Shown here: positions 37,647-50,260 of the stretch, in pieces
Numbering within the stretch: the first letter of the stretch is position 1
How the letters are laid out: each line of letters starts with the position of its first letter
DNA from: Camelus dromedarius
Lineage: Eukaryota
Direction: 5' to 3'
NCBI RefSeq assembly: GCF_036321535.1
Contig: NC_087436.1
Location: forward strand, 115,260,001 to 115,324,000
Length of the DNA: 64,000 bases
Position numbers and translations under genes: made by a program
Notes under the pieces: generated by a model
Databases searched by the model: none
What the model saw: only the letters and a program-made list of their open reading frames with translations
What the model was told of the DNA's origin: nothing

Positions 37647-38147
37647 TGTAGTGAGCTGAATGGGTGCCTCCCCCAAATACGTCCACAGTGACTCCCTGAC
37701 ACCTGTGAATATTACCTTGTGATAATTTAGAAAAAGAGTCTTTGTAGATGTAATTATATTAAAAATGAGATGAGATTGTCCTGGGTTATCCAAGTGTGCC
37801 CTAAATCCAACGACAAGTGACTTCATCAACAGAAAGGCAGAAGGAGATCTGAGATGTATGGAGGAGAGGGAGGATGTGAAGATGGAAGAGGAGGATGTGA
37901 AGATGGAAGCAGGGGTTGGAATGCTGTGACACAAGTCTAGGGAGCCAAGGACTGCCCACAGCCACCAGGAGCTGGAAGAGGTAAGGAGGGAGTGATTCTC
38001 CTCAAGATCTTCCAGAAGAATCATGATGCTACTGAAACCTTGATTTCAGACTTCTGGCCTCCAGAATTGTGAGAGAATATTTATCTGGCATTTAATGCCA
38101 CCCCAGTTTGTGGTAGTCTGTTATAGCAGCATCAGGAAGCTAAAACA
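37647..38147 (+). mobile_element. MaLR LTR (MLT1C-like), full length
   Basis: tgtagtgagctgaat...gaagctaaaaca; 'ccttgatttcagacttctggcctccagaattgtgagagaata'; TSD atctc/atctt; internal ~20-bp tandem duplication gaggatgtgaagatggaag. Confidence 0.9.
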
Positions 38148-41100
38148 ATCTTTACCAGGCCTCCAATTAACTCCCTCTGAAAATTAACCTTGACTTTGTT
38201 TCACCACCGGCTTTTCTTTGTTGCTGCCAAGCAGCTTGGATCCTAAGGACATTTGAAATGGATGCAAACCAAGGGACAATTGTGTCTATCTTCAACCTGC
38301 TTATGTCAGTTCTACTTGTTTTTATAATTATTTAATGATGCAATTCGGCATTATGTAAACTAATGGCATGTACATATGCATAACTATGTGCATAAGGAGA
38401 TAAGTCGAGTTACAAATTGACTTAAAACTCGTAGAGACATCATGTGGGCAAATTCTACCGCACTTTCTGAAGGAATAAAAGAAGGAGCCCAGTGTAATCA
38501 GGAGGCAAGACTAGAGCAATAAAGAACAGATCAACAGATGACAGATGAAGTTTCAAGATTTGGGAAACCAGGATTCCCACAAGGGGATAGATAATTGTTG
38601 ATTTTTAACTTGAGAAAAATGGTGGCCTTTTTCTAGGCTTGATCTTATACAAATAAACTGAGAACAGTTCTGGTTGTGATAGGGGCTAGATGTGCATCCA
38701 AAATTCTATCATTTGGACCAGGTGCACATTTTCATTCTTTGCTTCAGTTTCTCTAAATCTTTTGTGTTATATTCCCCAGAGCTTCTTAAAGTCCAGCTAA
38801 TGAGGTCTTAGTCTTTGGGTTTATTCTATAGAATTCCAGAAAATGAATGAACCAATCAATCAGCCATCTAATCAACCAGCTAACCAATAAAATACAAAAC
38901 CAACAAGCAGAGAACTGTAACAACAAACTCTTGAGAGTCATCATTTCTTTGAAAACTAATTTGAATATTTTAGACTACCTTATAAAATGAGAATTGATTT
39001 AAAAATATAAATGTACAAGCATATATTAATGAGACAACTGTAAACTACAGAAAAATATTTTAAAAATTTAATTAGATTCTAATCACCCCTTGTTTTGAAA
39101 GTGTCTTTACATTCTGATTCATTTTAAAGACTGGAAATTATAGATGATTCACTGTGGGTGTGGCTTACATTGGAAACAAGAAGCAGATATCCAGCCCAGA
39201 AATCTAGACTCCAAGGAAAACCTAAAACTAGTAAATCTATGTACATTAATCATTTCAAGTTAAAATAAAATTCATGTGCAAGCTATGAGGGTATCATTTA
39301 TATTATTAATAAAAATTAATATTTTATACACTAACAAAACATTTTTGATGAATTGACCAAATACTGGTTCTTATCAGATTAAGAAGGCTTGTCCTCATCA
39401 GATGCTGACAAATCCTTGAGTTGTGAACACTTTGAGTTTTTCATGTTGGAATGCATCATGCTTTTTGTTTCCATGTCTCTTTCTCCTCAGCCCACCACCT
39501 CAATCTGCCTCAAACAAACAAACAAACAAACAAAAACAACAAAAAAACAACAGTCTGCTTTAATTTTACAATAGCCCAGCACCTATCATACTGTCTGATG
39601 CAAAGTCTATCTGACAAAAGAGTTGTTGCTTTAAACTGATTTGGGTATTGGCCATCCAATTTGCTAAGTCAGTCATTTCTTACCTGTTACTAATTTTTTT
39701 TTTTTTCCAGAAAAGGCTTCCTGGCCTTTCCTTTAGTCAATTTAAACATGATTAGTTAAAGCCAAGACTAGTGAACAAGAGTTGTGATCTGGATAGGAAA
39801 TAGTGATTTGAATTAGATAATGATGAACTAAAACAGCAGGGCAGCATCTCCTGTTTTGCTCACAGACTGACTCTGAATGTCACTGTGACTGGAAGGAATT
39901 AAAATGTAAAGACTAGATGCAAATAAGTGTTTGTACTTCCCTACTAAGTTTCCAAAGAGTAAGAGCTACATCTATTTACTTAATAAGTAAATACAAGTTT
40001 GTTGAGTCCTTACTGCTTGGCAGTCACTCTGGATGTAAATGCTGAGGGTAATTTTACTTAATCATCCCACAAGCCCCAATCATGTCTGGAAACAGCAAAA
40101 ACTATGGGATTTGGGGAGCCAAGTGGAGATTTCACCCCAGTTGTGATGCAATACACTGAGCATCTAATGTGTGCCACTCACTGTCCTTACGACTTCTTGG
40201 GTTTCCTTTTCATCCCTCGCATCATTTCCATGAGGTAAAAAATCTCACTGCACTATTTTCCAGGAGAAGATTCAGACGCATAGCAAATAATTGTTTCTCA
40301 GCTCCGATCAATGGCAGAGGCTTGAATCAAACCTCGGTCGACTCCAGAGCCCGCATTTGCACATCAGGTCTCCTTCCTCCAGGGTTTTATTTTCATGATG
40401 CCCATATGTGTTTCAGCTTTATATTTAGTTTCTAAGTCTTTTCAGATGTAAGCTGTGGAAAGGAGAAATTATGCGCAAATTATAAAGAAGCTTGTTAGTG
40501 ACTTTGCTTTCAATCAAAACGAACAAACAAAAGTAATACTTCCCCTTTTATGGAGGAGGTAACTAAGGTTCAACAAACTGAGCTGAGTGCTGCAGGCCAG
40601 TGAGTAATTGGCAGAGCTCAAAAACCCTTGCAGTGCGATCCTTGGTCTTTATATACCCACAGGGATTAGCCCTACCTTGTGAGTATAGTATGTGCTTATT
40701 AAAACCGGGCTGACCCTCCAGTCCAGGTGTTTCGATGCCTTTTGCATTCACATGCATTCATATATTCTGAGGTTTGCTCAAAATTGCTTTGTAGTCTTAC
40801 CACATACATGCAGATTTATTAAAAATGTGGGGTTTCTAAGTCAACCTTCAGTCACAGTTGACATTTACGTTGTCACAATATTTATCTTACCCTTTTACGT
40901 TACAATAGATTTTTCATCTTTTTGTTTTTAAAAATAAACTGCAATAACATGAAATCGAGATATAATCTCCATCTGTTTGAAAGCAGGCCCTATAGCTCTA
41001 AGGCTTTCTGTTCTTGGCCATTTATTCTCATTTCAAAGCTCTATCATTAAATGTCAGAGTCCTAAACAAAAGATTAAGGAGTTAGGGGAAAGCTTTAAAG

Positions 41101-41394
41101 TTACAGAAGACTGGAGAGTATTTTTTAAAAATTGACAGATTGGATAAATTTAGCCTGAAAAACAAAACAAAACAAAACAAATCTTGAAGGCAAAGGCAAA
41201 GTTTGAGATACCAGAGAAATAAAAAAAAAAAAAAAAACACTTTCAAAAGCATCTATGAAAATCAATGCACAAACCTATCAATTAAGAACAAAAGATTCTT
41301 TATTCATGACCATTTTTAATGGTTAAATTATTCATAATTGTGTTACAAATATGGGACTCAGTGTAAGTAAAATCAAAAGCATACAATTATTCGG

Positions 41395-41490
41395 CATTCA
41401 TTCATTTATTCATGCATTCATTCATTAATTCATTCATTTTTCATTCATTAAAAAAGTTATTGAGCATGTACCAAATGCTGGGTATCATTA
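41395..41490 (-). mobile_element. L2 3' end with (CATT)n tail
   Basis: 'cattcattcatttattcatgcattcattc...gttattgagcatgtaccaaatgctggg'. Confidence 0.65.
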
Positions 41491-41649
41491 ATTCAGGCAA
41501 GGATGCCTGTTTAGTTTTTCTTCTTTTGTTTGTTTAGAGTAAGGGTCTCCAAAAGGGTGTGTGTGCCACGAGCAGTATTTAGTGTAGAGATTGACACCAG
41601 GAATTTTGCCTAGCACACCAGACAGTTGGTTTAGGGACTTGAACTGGAT

Positions 41650-42072
41650 TGAGTCACTGGCCCCAATTCTTCACTTTTCTCCATTTCCCTCCAGTTCTGT
41701 GTCCTCTTGATTCTGGGCTTAGTCACGTGACTTGCTTTGTCAAATGGCACGTGGGCGAAGGTGACAGTATGTCAGATCTGAATCTAGGTCTACAGGGGCC
41801 TTGTGTGCTGCCACTCTTTCTCATTTGTGCTTTTGCCATGACCTTGAAAAGAATTTTCTCTGTCTCTGCTGCCCCTTCATCCTGGGCTCCAGAATAAATG
41901 CACATAGAGTTGCCCCAGCCAGCAAGCAAATCTATAGGTGGCGGCTCAGCCACCCACCATTCAGTGCTCATCTGAGCTTTAGGCTGGTAGGAGTAAACGA
42001 CTGTTGTTTCTAGCCACTGAGTTTGCATGTGTTTTGTGATCAAGTGTTTTACTGGCAGCGGTTGATTGCCCA
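41650..42072 (+). mobile_element. MaLR LTR (MLT1G/H-like)
   Basis: 'tgacttgctttgtcaaatgg', 'gctgccccttcatcctgggctccagaat', 'gttgtttctagccactgagttt'. Confidence 0.8.
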
Positions 42073-42512
42073 TCTGTTAGCCTAATGCTTCTGATCTCTT
42101 CCCATCTCCTCACTTCTCCATTAATGAGGAATTTCCTGATTGGTGAGTTTGGAAAAAGAAATTGGATACATATAGTCAAGTCATTTCTTCTTCCATCATT
42201 GTTGGGTGCACTGGTTGAAGGAGCTCATTGAGCCCACTACGGTCTGTATATAAATGTTAAGATTTTGGTGGACAAGTTCAGAAATCTATCGATCAGCCAA
42301 GGCAAGCCTTGCAAGTAAGTTGCCCTTTTTATTAAGCCAGCGACCTACCAATCTGGAAAGGTCTTCCTCTTTCTGTGGTTGCTTCCTGCCTTCTACATAT
42401 GGGGGTCAGTTTCTGATTAAGCCCAGGAAGCTCCTGGGGTTATGAACTAATACACGGGGGCTGCAGGCATAGAGATTCTACTCTGCTTCTGGTTTAAGTT
42501 CTACAGAGTGGA

Positions 42513-42536
42513 ACACACACACACACACAGACACAG

Positions 42537-42569
<33 letters not shown>
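42513..42569. repeat. Interrupted (CA)n microsatellite
   Basis: Directly visible. Confidence 0.95.
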
Positions 42570-42575
<6 letters not shown>

Positions 42576-43019
42576 TGAAGTAAATGTACAGAAACCAGCT
42601 GGATGGTCATGTGCATGAGTGAGTTGCTTAATTTTGAGATTCAGTATCAGAAATCTTACAGGATCACAAACAGAAGCTAATCATTCACATCAGTTTTATC
42701 AGTAATAAATGTAGAATTTTAGCCTCATCTGCCTTTATCTTGCTTCTCAATTTGTTCAGATTTAAGGAAAGAAGGAGTGACATCAATCACTGAGCCTCTT
42801 CAGAATGAAGCTCTGGCCTGAAGGTTTCGGATAGCTGTTGCACACAGCAAGTTTGGTGGGTAAAGGCTCTTCCTTCAGGGTGGTGGTGATGGCAGTGAAG
42901 GAGCTGCATTTCGGAGGTAGAGTTCATTTCATTGGGTGGGTTAGGCTGTGGACTTTGAGAAACAGGCTCTGAGTGATTATTTAATTAGTGTAGGCATATG
43001 TGTATGCATGCATGTATGC

Positions 43020-43255
43020 TTGACAAACACTTACAAAGCACTTGTTAGGTGCTTTACAAATATGAAGTCATTTTATCTTCATAACAACACCATATCGTAG
43101 CATCATCATATGTTATCATAGTCTTACTATATTATAACATTATCTTGTTTCAATGATGAGACTCTTGAAGCACAGAGAAGGGAAGTAAACTGCCCAAAGT
43201 CACATACTTAGCAAATGGCAGAGCAAGAATTACAACCCTGGTATTATGTCTCCAA
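43020..43255 (-). mobile_element. MIR SINE
   Basis: 'gaagcacagagaagggaagtaaactgcccaaagtcacatacttagcaaatggcagagc'. Confidence 0.8.
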
Positions 43256-44264
43256 TATTAGTATTCCTAACACTAAGCTTGGTCTACACAACAGATACTC
43301 AGGTTCAAAACCCATACATGGAAATGTTTTCTTGTGTTCAGTCTGTGTAGTGTTGAGTCTGCTATGTAGATGTGACATTTTAAGCTTCATGACTCTTTAA
43401 AGGCATGCTCTGAGATACAAGCACATTTTTTTTTTTCAGTTGAATTTTAACCACTGCCACTTGAGTACCTGGTTTACGTCTTAGGGCATTTGAACTTAAT
43501 CTCTGTCATTTTAGGACAATCTTCTGCTAGGGCAATCGTATGCGTCATAGGAGCACCACCCTATATCCAAGTCCTTACGCAACAGGGCCTAGGCTTCGTT
43601 TGTTTTATGCAAAGTGAGCCTCAGAAAATATATGGACCATGGGGTTTGGTGTGAAAACCTTCGGATGTATAAATGGAATAGAAGTTCAGACTCTTCAACT
43701 AAACCGTGAAGACTGTGGTCTGGCAAGCACATGTTAGACACACCAGCTTCAGCAAGGTGAAGATTTCAATGAAGCTATGGATTACAGGCTCCATGATAAA
43801 AGGCCTAGGGAGCTGTTAAATCTTGGCCACACACTGTAGAAGCCTCGGCCTCAGTACCCAGCAGGTTGCTGTGAAGCACCGGTCCCACGCTGCCTTCAAC
43901 AGGGGCCAGGCGGAAGCTTGCTTTGTGGATCCTAGCCCCAGACTCAGGTAGGTCTGCACTTGGCCTCGGCAGAGGAGCCGAATTTCTGTGCCTTCATCCT
44001 GAGCTAAGAACATGAGCTTTTTCTCAGCAGGGTTGGGCAAGGCAAACGTTTCACCATAAGGGAAAGTGTCTTCTTGGCCTTTTAGAGGGAAGAGGAGAGA
44101 ACAACATTCTTTCCCCTCAAACGATAGGCACATGACTTGTCCAGGAACTCCACAAAGGTAGTGGCCCCCAACCTCTAATTGTCAGTCCCAAGAGTAGTCA
44201 TGTAGTGGTAGACTAGTGGCTCCAAATTGCACTCTTCTCTTAGGCCAGGGGCTAACCTTGAATT

Positions 44265-44733
44265 CACAAAATTACTTCTCTGTAAGTTGATAGGACACAT
44301 AGGTTTTAAGGTCTCTCTTATGCACAGTTTCCCTCCAAAGCTCTCTGAGACTTCCCAGCATTGTGTTTATAAGGTCAGATGTTTTGTAAAATTGACAGAA
44401 GTGAGATATTCAAGCCATAATCAGTTATGATCACTGGTTATTTAGACTCTGACTTGCCCTCTCTCTCTCTCCCCCAGTTGATGGTGGGATGAAAGTTGCC
44501 ATGGATGTTTCTTGGGATCCAACTAAAATGAAGGTGAAGTGGGGACACATGTAGCTTGAGTTGAGTAGGATATATGCAGATGGATCATGGTCTTTTCATG
44601 AAAGGTCACAGTATTGTTAGCCTTTCACGTATAGACTGTGACTCTAGGAATATCCCTTCCAACTCTGTGCTTACCCACAGGAGCAGGATCAGAGGCCATA
44701 GACGGTTTGGTCATTGAAATTCCATACACCCAC

Positions 44734-44765
<32 letters not shown>

Positions 44766-44854
44766 CATACACATATATATATATATATTTTTTGGTAAAA
44801 ATATGTCACAAATTGTATAAAGTTTAGACCCCACAGAACCTGAATCTGATGCTG
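44265..44854 (+). mobile_element. hAT-Tip100 element (MER115/Zaphod-like) with internal (CA)n(TA)n
   Basis: 'gttttgtaaaattgacagaagtgagatatt', 'actctgacttgccct', 'gggatccaactaaaatgaaggtgaagtggggacacat', end 'accccacagaacctgaatctgatgctg'. Confidence 0.6.
44734..44787. repeat. Compound (CA)n(TA)n microsatellite
   Basis: Directly visible. Confidence 0.95.
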
Positions 44855-45779
44855 TCCACAGGTTCATCCCTTCCAGATCTTCCCAAGTTAGCTTTGGATT
44901 AAATTGTGCATGAAAAAGAATGGCTAGGAAAAATTCCACAGCAAGAGGTAGTGGAAGCAGACACTGGGCCAAAGGACTTAAAATGCCTAAACAGGAAAAA
45001 GTGGACATTATGTTGCTAGAAAGAATATATGCATCGATAATTGTTTTCAAGGATAAAAGGAGAAATGGTAGTTTCCCAGAAAGATAGATTATTGACATAG
45101 TTGTAAATATGGATATAGACATATTTATAAATATATACTAGATAGGAGGAAAAGTTATTTGAAACACCTGGTGACCTGGGCTACCACTATTGCGCATTTT
45201 TAAAACCTTGCAAGAAGATGGTAATAGCACAAATGGCATTCCCTGATGGTCAGTGCTTTAATAGTGTGAATTCTATTTAGAGTCTTTGAAAAATAAGCTA
45301 AAGATAAAATTTACCATAGAACTAAAACAGAGAGGGAGGGAGAGAGAGATGGAAAAAGAGATGGACAGACAGAGACAAAGAGATGCAGAGACAGAATGAG
45401 AGGTTTTTGGCAGCTACAGAAGGAATTTTGAACCAACCAGACATCAAGAGTGTTTTGCTGAAACTGAGCCAAATAGGAAACTGCGGAGGATGAATTTTAG
45501 ACTTGAATTTCCTTGAACTTTTATTCACAAGGAAGTAGAATCTTAAACATTAATTCCTTTGGACTTTAACTTGCAAAGTTAATCAATTTTTCATTTTTTG
45601 AACTTAAAATTCTTCCTGAAATTATGCAGCACAGTTTAAATTTGGGAGCATTGTCATACTTTGGCATTTTGAGTGTCTTAATGGCATTTAATCTTACTGT
45701 AGCATCACTAATAAGATACATTGTACAACATGACCAGATATAACTTGAGATGGAAAATAGCTTATAGAGGGAATTTTTA

Positions 45780-47410
45780 ACTTCAGCTTCTGATCATGAT
45801 TAAATGAAATAGTGTGGAATTACCCTCCTGCAATATGAACTAAAGAGAAATGGGCAAATTATAGGAAGGAACTGTTTTAACATGTTAGACAACACGTGGC
45901 AAAAACCTGATGCTTGAAGAAACAAAACAAACAAGGTGGGCCCTGTGACGTCCCAGCTTTCTGAGTGGAGGGAATTACAGAAAGATGTGCAGTCAGGGGT
46001 GCCAAACAGACTGGCAGTCTTGCTGGGTAGAAGAGGCAGAGCTAAGGGTAAGGAAGGTCAAGGCAGCTATGGGACGTGGGACTGAGTGCCCTAGAGAAAG
46101 GAGGTGTATTGCAAAGGAGTCATAGATGTCTGTACAAGGAGTCTTCTTGACTTCTTAGCTGAATACCAGCCTGTTCATGTAAAGAGTGAAACCCCACCAA
46201 GCAGACAATAAAATCTTCCCAAGGGGAAAAAGCATCACTGGGGTGCTGTAAGCCAAGAAAGTCTCAGAGGTCACGCAGCGTTGGATACTATGCGCGACCT
46301 CTCTGGAGACACCCTGTTGAATATATAGGACAATTAGGAGAGATAAAAGAGGAGCCTGCCGTAAGAGTAAAGACAACTTTTTTCCATAATAAATGCTACT
46401 ATCAGTTCATGCCCCTCTAATAATAAACCTTTAAAGACAATCTTCATGGTTTTTAAAACCCAATGCTCATTTTGACTTGGTATTGTGTTCAACATTTATT
46501 TCATCATAGAATCACCCTTGGTGGCAGAGGCATAACAGTACTTTTCATTTTCTAGGAACTGTATGACATAAGAAAAGGTCTGTTTGCTTAACAAGGCTAG
46601 TTTACTAAGTAGTCAATTAAATTTCATTTATATTCTTCTATAAAACTTTGGCAAGGACTATGATAAAAAATATCTTCAATTGGATGGAATAATAAGCCAT
46701 TTTTCAGTAAATCACAGTAATACCATACTTTGGAGAATAAACACAATAAGTCAAATCTTGATTTAAGAACACAAGGGAATCAGATAATTTAAAGAATCTT
46801 GTAATTTTTTAAAACTTGGAAATCTTTTGGTAAAGTAAAGAGTAGTCATTTGCCTTTCACTTAAAAAATTCTCAAAATGATTAAACTCACGCAAAAGTAA
46901 CTAAACTACCTGCCAGATAAAGCCTAATGCTCTTTAAAATAATAAAATAAAATCTAGCAATAAGAACACAGCATTCACAAGCTTCATTATTCAATTAAAA
47001 TCACTAGATTATAAAAAAGCAGACAAATGTGACTTTTTGAAGAGAATATTTTCAGCAGAAATAGATCTTGAAATAGCAGAGATGATAGAATTAATAGAAA
47101 AGGACATTAAAACAGATATTATAACAAGATCCAGATATTTAAATGTGTTTGAAAACATGGTACCAACTTTAAAATGGAATGTATAAAAAGACTGAATCAC
47201 TTTGCTGTACACCTGAAACTAATATTGTAAATCAACTACACCTCAATTAAAAAAAGATCTAAGGGAATTTGCAGAGATTAAAAATACAACACCTTAAATG
47301 AAAAATACACTGGATATGATTAGTAGCAATTTAGACACACATGAAAATAAGATCAACAAACTTGAAGACACAGCAATAGGAATTATCCAAAATAAAAGAG
47401 AGAAAATAAA
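45780..47410 (+). mobile_element. Ancient L1ME-type 5' end/ORF1 start, interrupted at ~46435-46860 and ~47140-47255
   Basis: 'cttcagcttctgatcatga', 'aagtaactaaactacctgccaga', 'gagatgatagaattaatagaaaaggacattaaaacag', 'aacttgaagacacagcaatagg'. Confidence 0.65.
47140..47255 (+). mobile_element. Short cetartiodactyl L1 3' tail
   Basis: 'actgaatcactttgctgtacacctgaaactaatattgtaaatcaactacacctcaattaaaaaaa'. Confidence 0.8.
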
Positions 47411-47451
47411 TGCTTGTGTGGTGAATTTACAGCAGCATATATACTATATAT

Positions 47452-47949
47452 AAGATTGTTAACTCTGTGTATCCACTTAAATGGGCCATGAGTGCCCAGA
47501 TGTTTGGTCACACATTACTCGTGATATGTCAGTGAGGACATGTTTGCATGAGTCAACATTTGAATCAGTAACCTGGGGAAGGAAGATCGTCCTTCCTGGT
47601 GTGGGTGGGCCTCGCCCAATCAGCTGAAAGCCTGGATAGAACAAAAAGGCTGATGCTTCCCTGAATGAGAGGGCACAGCTCCTGACTGCTTGACCTGGAA
47701 TAATCCGTTTTTTCCCTGCCTTTGTAGGCAGATTAAAACATCAGCTCTTCTTGGATTCAGCCTGCTAGCTTTCAGACAGGAATTCACTTCATCAGTTCTC
47801 CTGGGTCCCAGCTTACTGACTAGATCCTGGCACTTCTTCGCCTCTGGGGTCACTTGAGCCACTTCCTTACCATTAACCTGCCCCCCTCCCATATGTAGAT
47901 AGAAAAATAGATAAACAGAAATAGATAGACCTTGTTCTCTGACTAATAC
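47452..47949 (+). mobile_element. ERVL LTR (MLT2B/D-like)
   Basis: 'gtgcccagatgtttggtcacacatta', 'gtgggtgggcctcgcccaatcagctgaaagcc', end 'tgactaatac'. Confidence 0.85.
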
Positions 47950-47968
47950 TTCATCTATATTGAAATGA

Positions 47969-48007
<39 letters not shown>

Positions 48008-48033
48008 CACTCCAGAGGATAGATGGATGGATG

Positions 48034-48088
<55 letters not shown>

Positions 48089-48097
48089 TGATAGATA
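47969..48097. repeat. (TA)n followed by a (GGAT)n(GATA)13 STR
   Basis: Uninterrupted GATA units at 48034-48085. Confidence 0.95.
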
Positions 48098-48899
48098 CAG
48101 CTGTGCCCTTAGCACAAGATAAAGTGATGCAGTGCACATGCAATTGGAACATCAGAAAGAGAGAAGAAAGAACAACCTTTTAAAGAAATAATGGTCAAAA
48201 CAAGTGATAAATCTTAAAACATCTGGAGGAAAAAAGATACACTTAATACAGAGAAACCAAGATAAGGAGTGGAGCAGATATTTTACTTTTTCATCTTACT
48301 TCTCTTTTTGATTCAGATTGACAAAAGACATCCTATTTATTAAATTTCCTTAAATCTGACCAAGTTAAATGTCTGTGGGGTAGTGAAATAGTAAGAACTT
48401 CCAAGTGGAGAGTTTGAATGTATGTCTTCCCTTGTTGATTTTCATTCTGTTCACTGTGGTAAGCGTTATATTATCACATTGTTTAGTAGTTTATGCTGGC
48501 CTCATTAAATGGATTTTCACTTTATATTATCCAGTTTATGTAAACCGATTGTCACATATTGAACAGATGGCTTAGAAATTTTAACAAATAAATTAGCAGA
48601 ATTAATACTTTTCTTCCTTCTAATACAAGCTTGTATTTATTTGTAATACATATTTAAAACCATAATAATATGATTGGATATAAAAACTTAACTGAGATAA
48701 TTTGAAGAAAGTTAAAAAAAAACTGAAACATGGCTGTTACTCATATTCTCTCATGAAGAATTGTGTTTGTAAGGTGAACCATGCTTAGAGTTAACTGGTG
48801 ATTATGAATCTGGATGCAATTTGTATAGTTGTGTATTAATCACATACATGATCTAGTGGGCATACAAGTTTAGAATGAGCCTGGTGTTCAGTTACTCCT

Positions 48900-49095
48900 G
48901 TGAAGCCAGTACTGGGTTCAAGTCCAACTTGTGCCACATCCTCGTTGAGAGAGGTTTTGCAAATCCCTTCAACCATGACGCTTATTTTCTCATTTGTATA
49001 TGAGGAATAATAAAATCTTAGGGAGATATTTTAGCTATCAGTGAAGACTATGCACTTGTGTTACTCAGCGTACCATCTGGCACACCGTGCCCAAC
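48900..49095 (+). mobile_element. MIR SINE
   Basis: 'ctgggttcaagtccaacttgtgccac', 'ttttctcatttgtatatgaggaataata'. Confidence 0.65.
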
Positions 49096-49391
49096 GAGAG
49101 CCATCTTTCACTGGGACGTGGTGGGACATCTTTTTCTACTAAATACAGGATGCAGTCTCTTACAATGTTATTTTTCACTTAAGAATATGTAGACCATTTT
49201 TACAAGTCAGTAAACATAATCACAAATCATTTCTTTAAATGGATGGATGTAATTTCATTGTGTAGACTTACCATAAATGAATTGATTTAGTCCCTGTTGT
49301 ATGATATTTAGATTTCTTTTTTAGGTTTGAAATATATAAATGATGTTTTTATAAATATCTATATTCCTAAATTCTAATGTTTTCAGCCAAT

Positions 49392-49738
49392 TGTTTTAGC
49401 TATCTCAGACTGCTAATAACAGCAGACTGCGTGGTTTAAACTGTAGACACTTACGTCTCCTAGTTCTGGAGGCTGGGACGTCCAAGACCACAGGGCTGGC
49501 TGATGCGGTTCCTAGTGAGGGCCCTCGTTCTGGCTTGCCACCTTTTCACCACGTCCTCAGATGGTAGAAAGAGCTGTGGTATCTCTTCCTTTGAGGAAAC
49601 TAATTTCATTGTAGGGCTCCTACCATCATGAACTTATCTAAACCTAATTATCTTCCAAAGGCCCCATCTCCAAATTCCACCATATTGGTGGTTAGTTTTT
49701 CAGCACGAATTTGATGGGGGGCAATTCAGTCCATAGTA
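49392..49738 (-). mobile_element. MaLR LTR (MLT1A0-like) inside a decayed L1ME
   Basis: 'agttctggaggctgggacgtccaagac', 'aacctaattatcttccaaaggccccatctccaaat', end 'attcagtccatagta'. Confidence 0.9.
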
Positions 49739-50141
49739 TTGATTATTTCTTCAGGATTAATACTTAAATATTACAAGTTTTAGCAGTATGCATATATAAG
49801 AAAATATTAGAAATCTACACTCTGAAAAAGTTGTAATGTTGCTTTGTTACATTTGCTTATGTAAGTGCCTGTTCCTGCAATGCTCAATGTCATGCACTAC
49901 TTTTGGCCAATATATCAAAATAACATGATCGTTTCTTACTTCATTTTTAAATTCTCATCAGTAACTAATGGTATAAAAATGATTATGTTCATTGGTTATT
50001 ATTATCGCTCCATTACTAATCATATACTTTGTTTATTTTATATTAAGGTTTTTATTTTAAAAATATATTTTTGTTTTAGATTTCAAGCTTTCCTGTGCTT
50101 TATTTACCCAGCCTTTTCTATCATATGTTAAAATATTTTTA

Positions 50142-50260
50142 GTTTATTTTTTAATGCATTTAATTTTTTTCTCTTTTCTTTAACGGCAGTGCTGGGGACT
50201 GAACCCAGGACCCTGTGCATGCTGAGCATGGGCTCCACCACTGAGATATACCCACTGCCC
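50142..50260 (-). mobile_element. tRNA-Ala-derived SINE (Vic-1 type)
   Basis: 'gtgctggggactgaacccaggaccctgtgcatgctgagcatgggctccaccactgagatataccc'; TSD tgttaaaatattttta / tgttaaagtattttta. Confidence 0.9.

Noticed and set aside
39361..39385. 'gttcttatcagattaa' resembling U2 snRNA
   Set aside because: Only ~15 matching bases, with no U2 5' end and no TSD; compatible with chance.
47951..48152. ORFs with (YLSI)n and (YI)n repeats
   Set aside because: Translations of the GATA and TA microsatellites.
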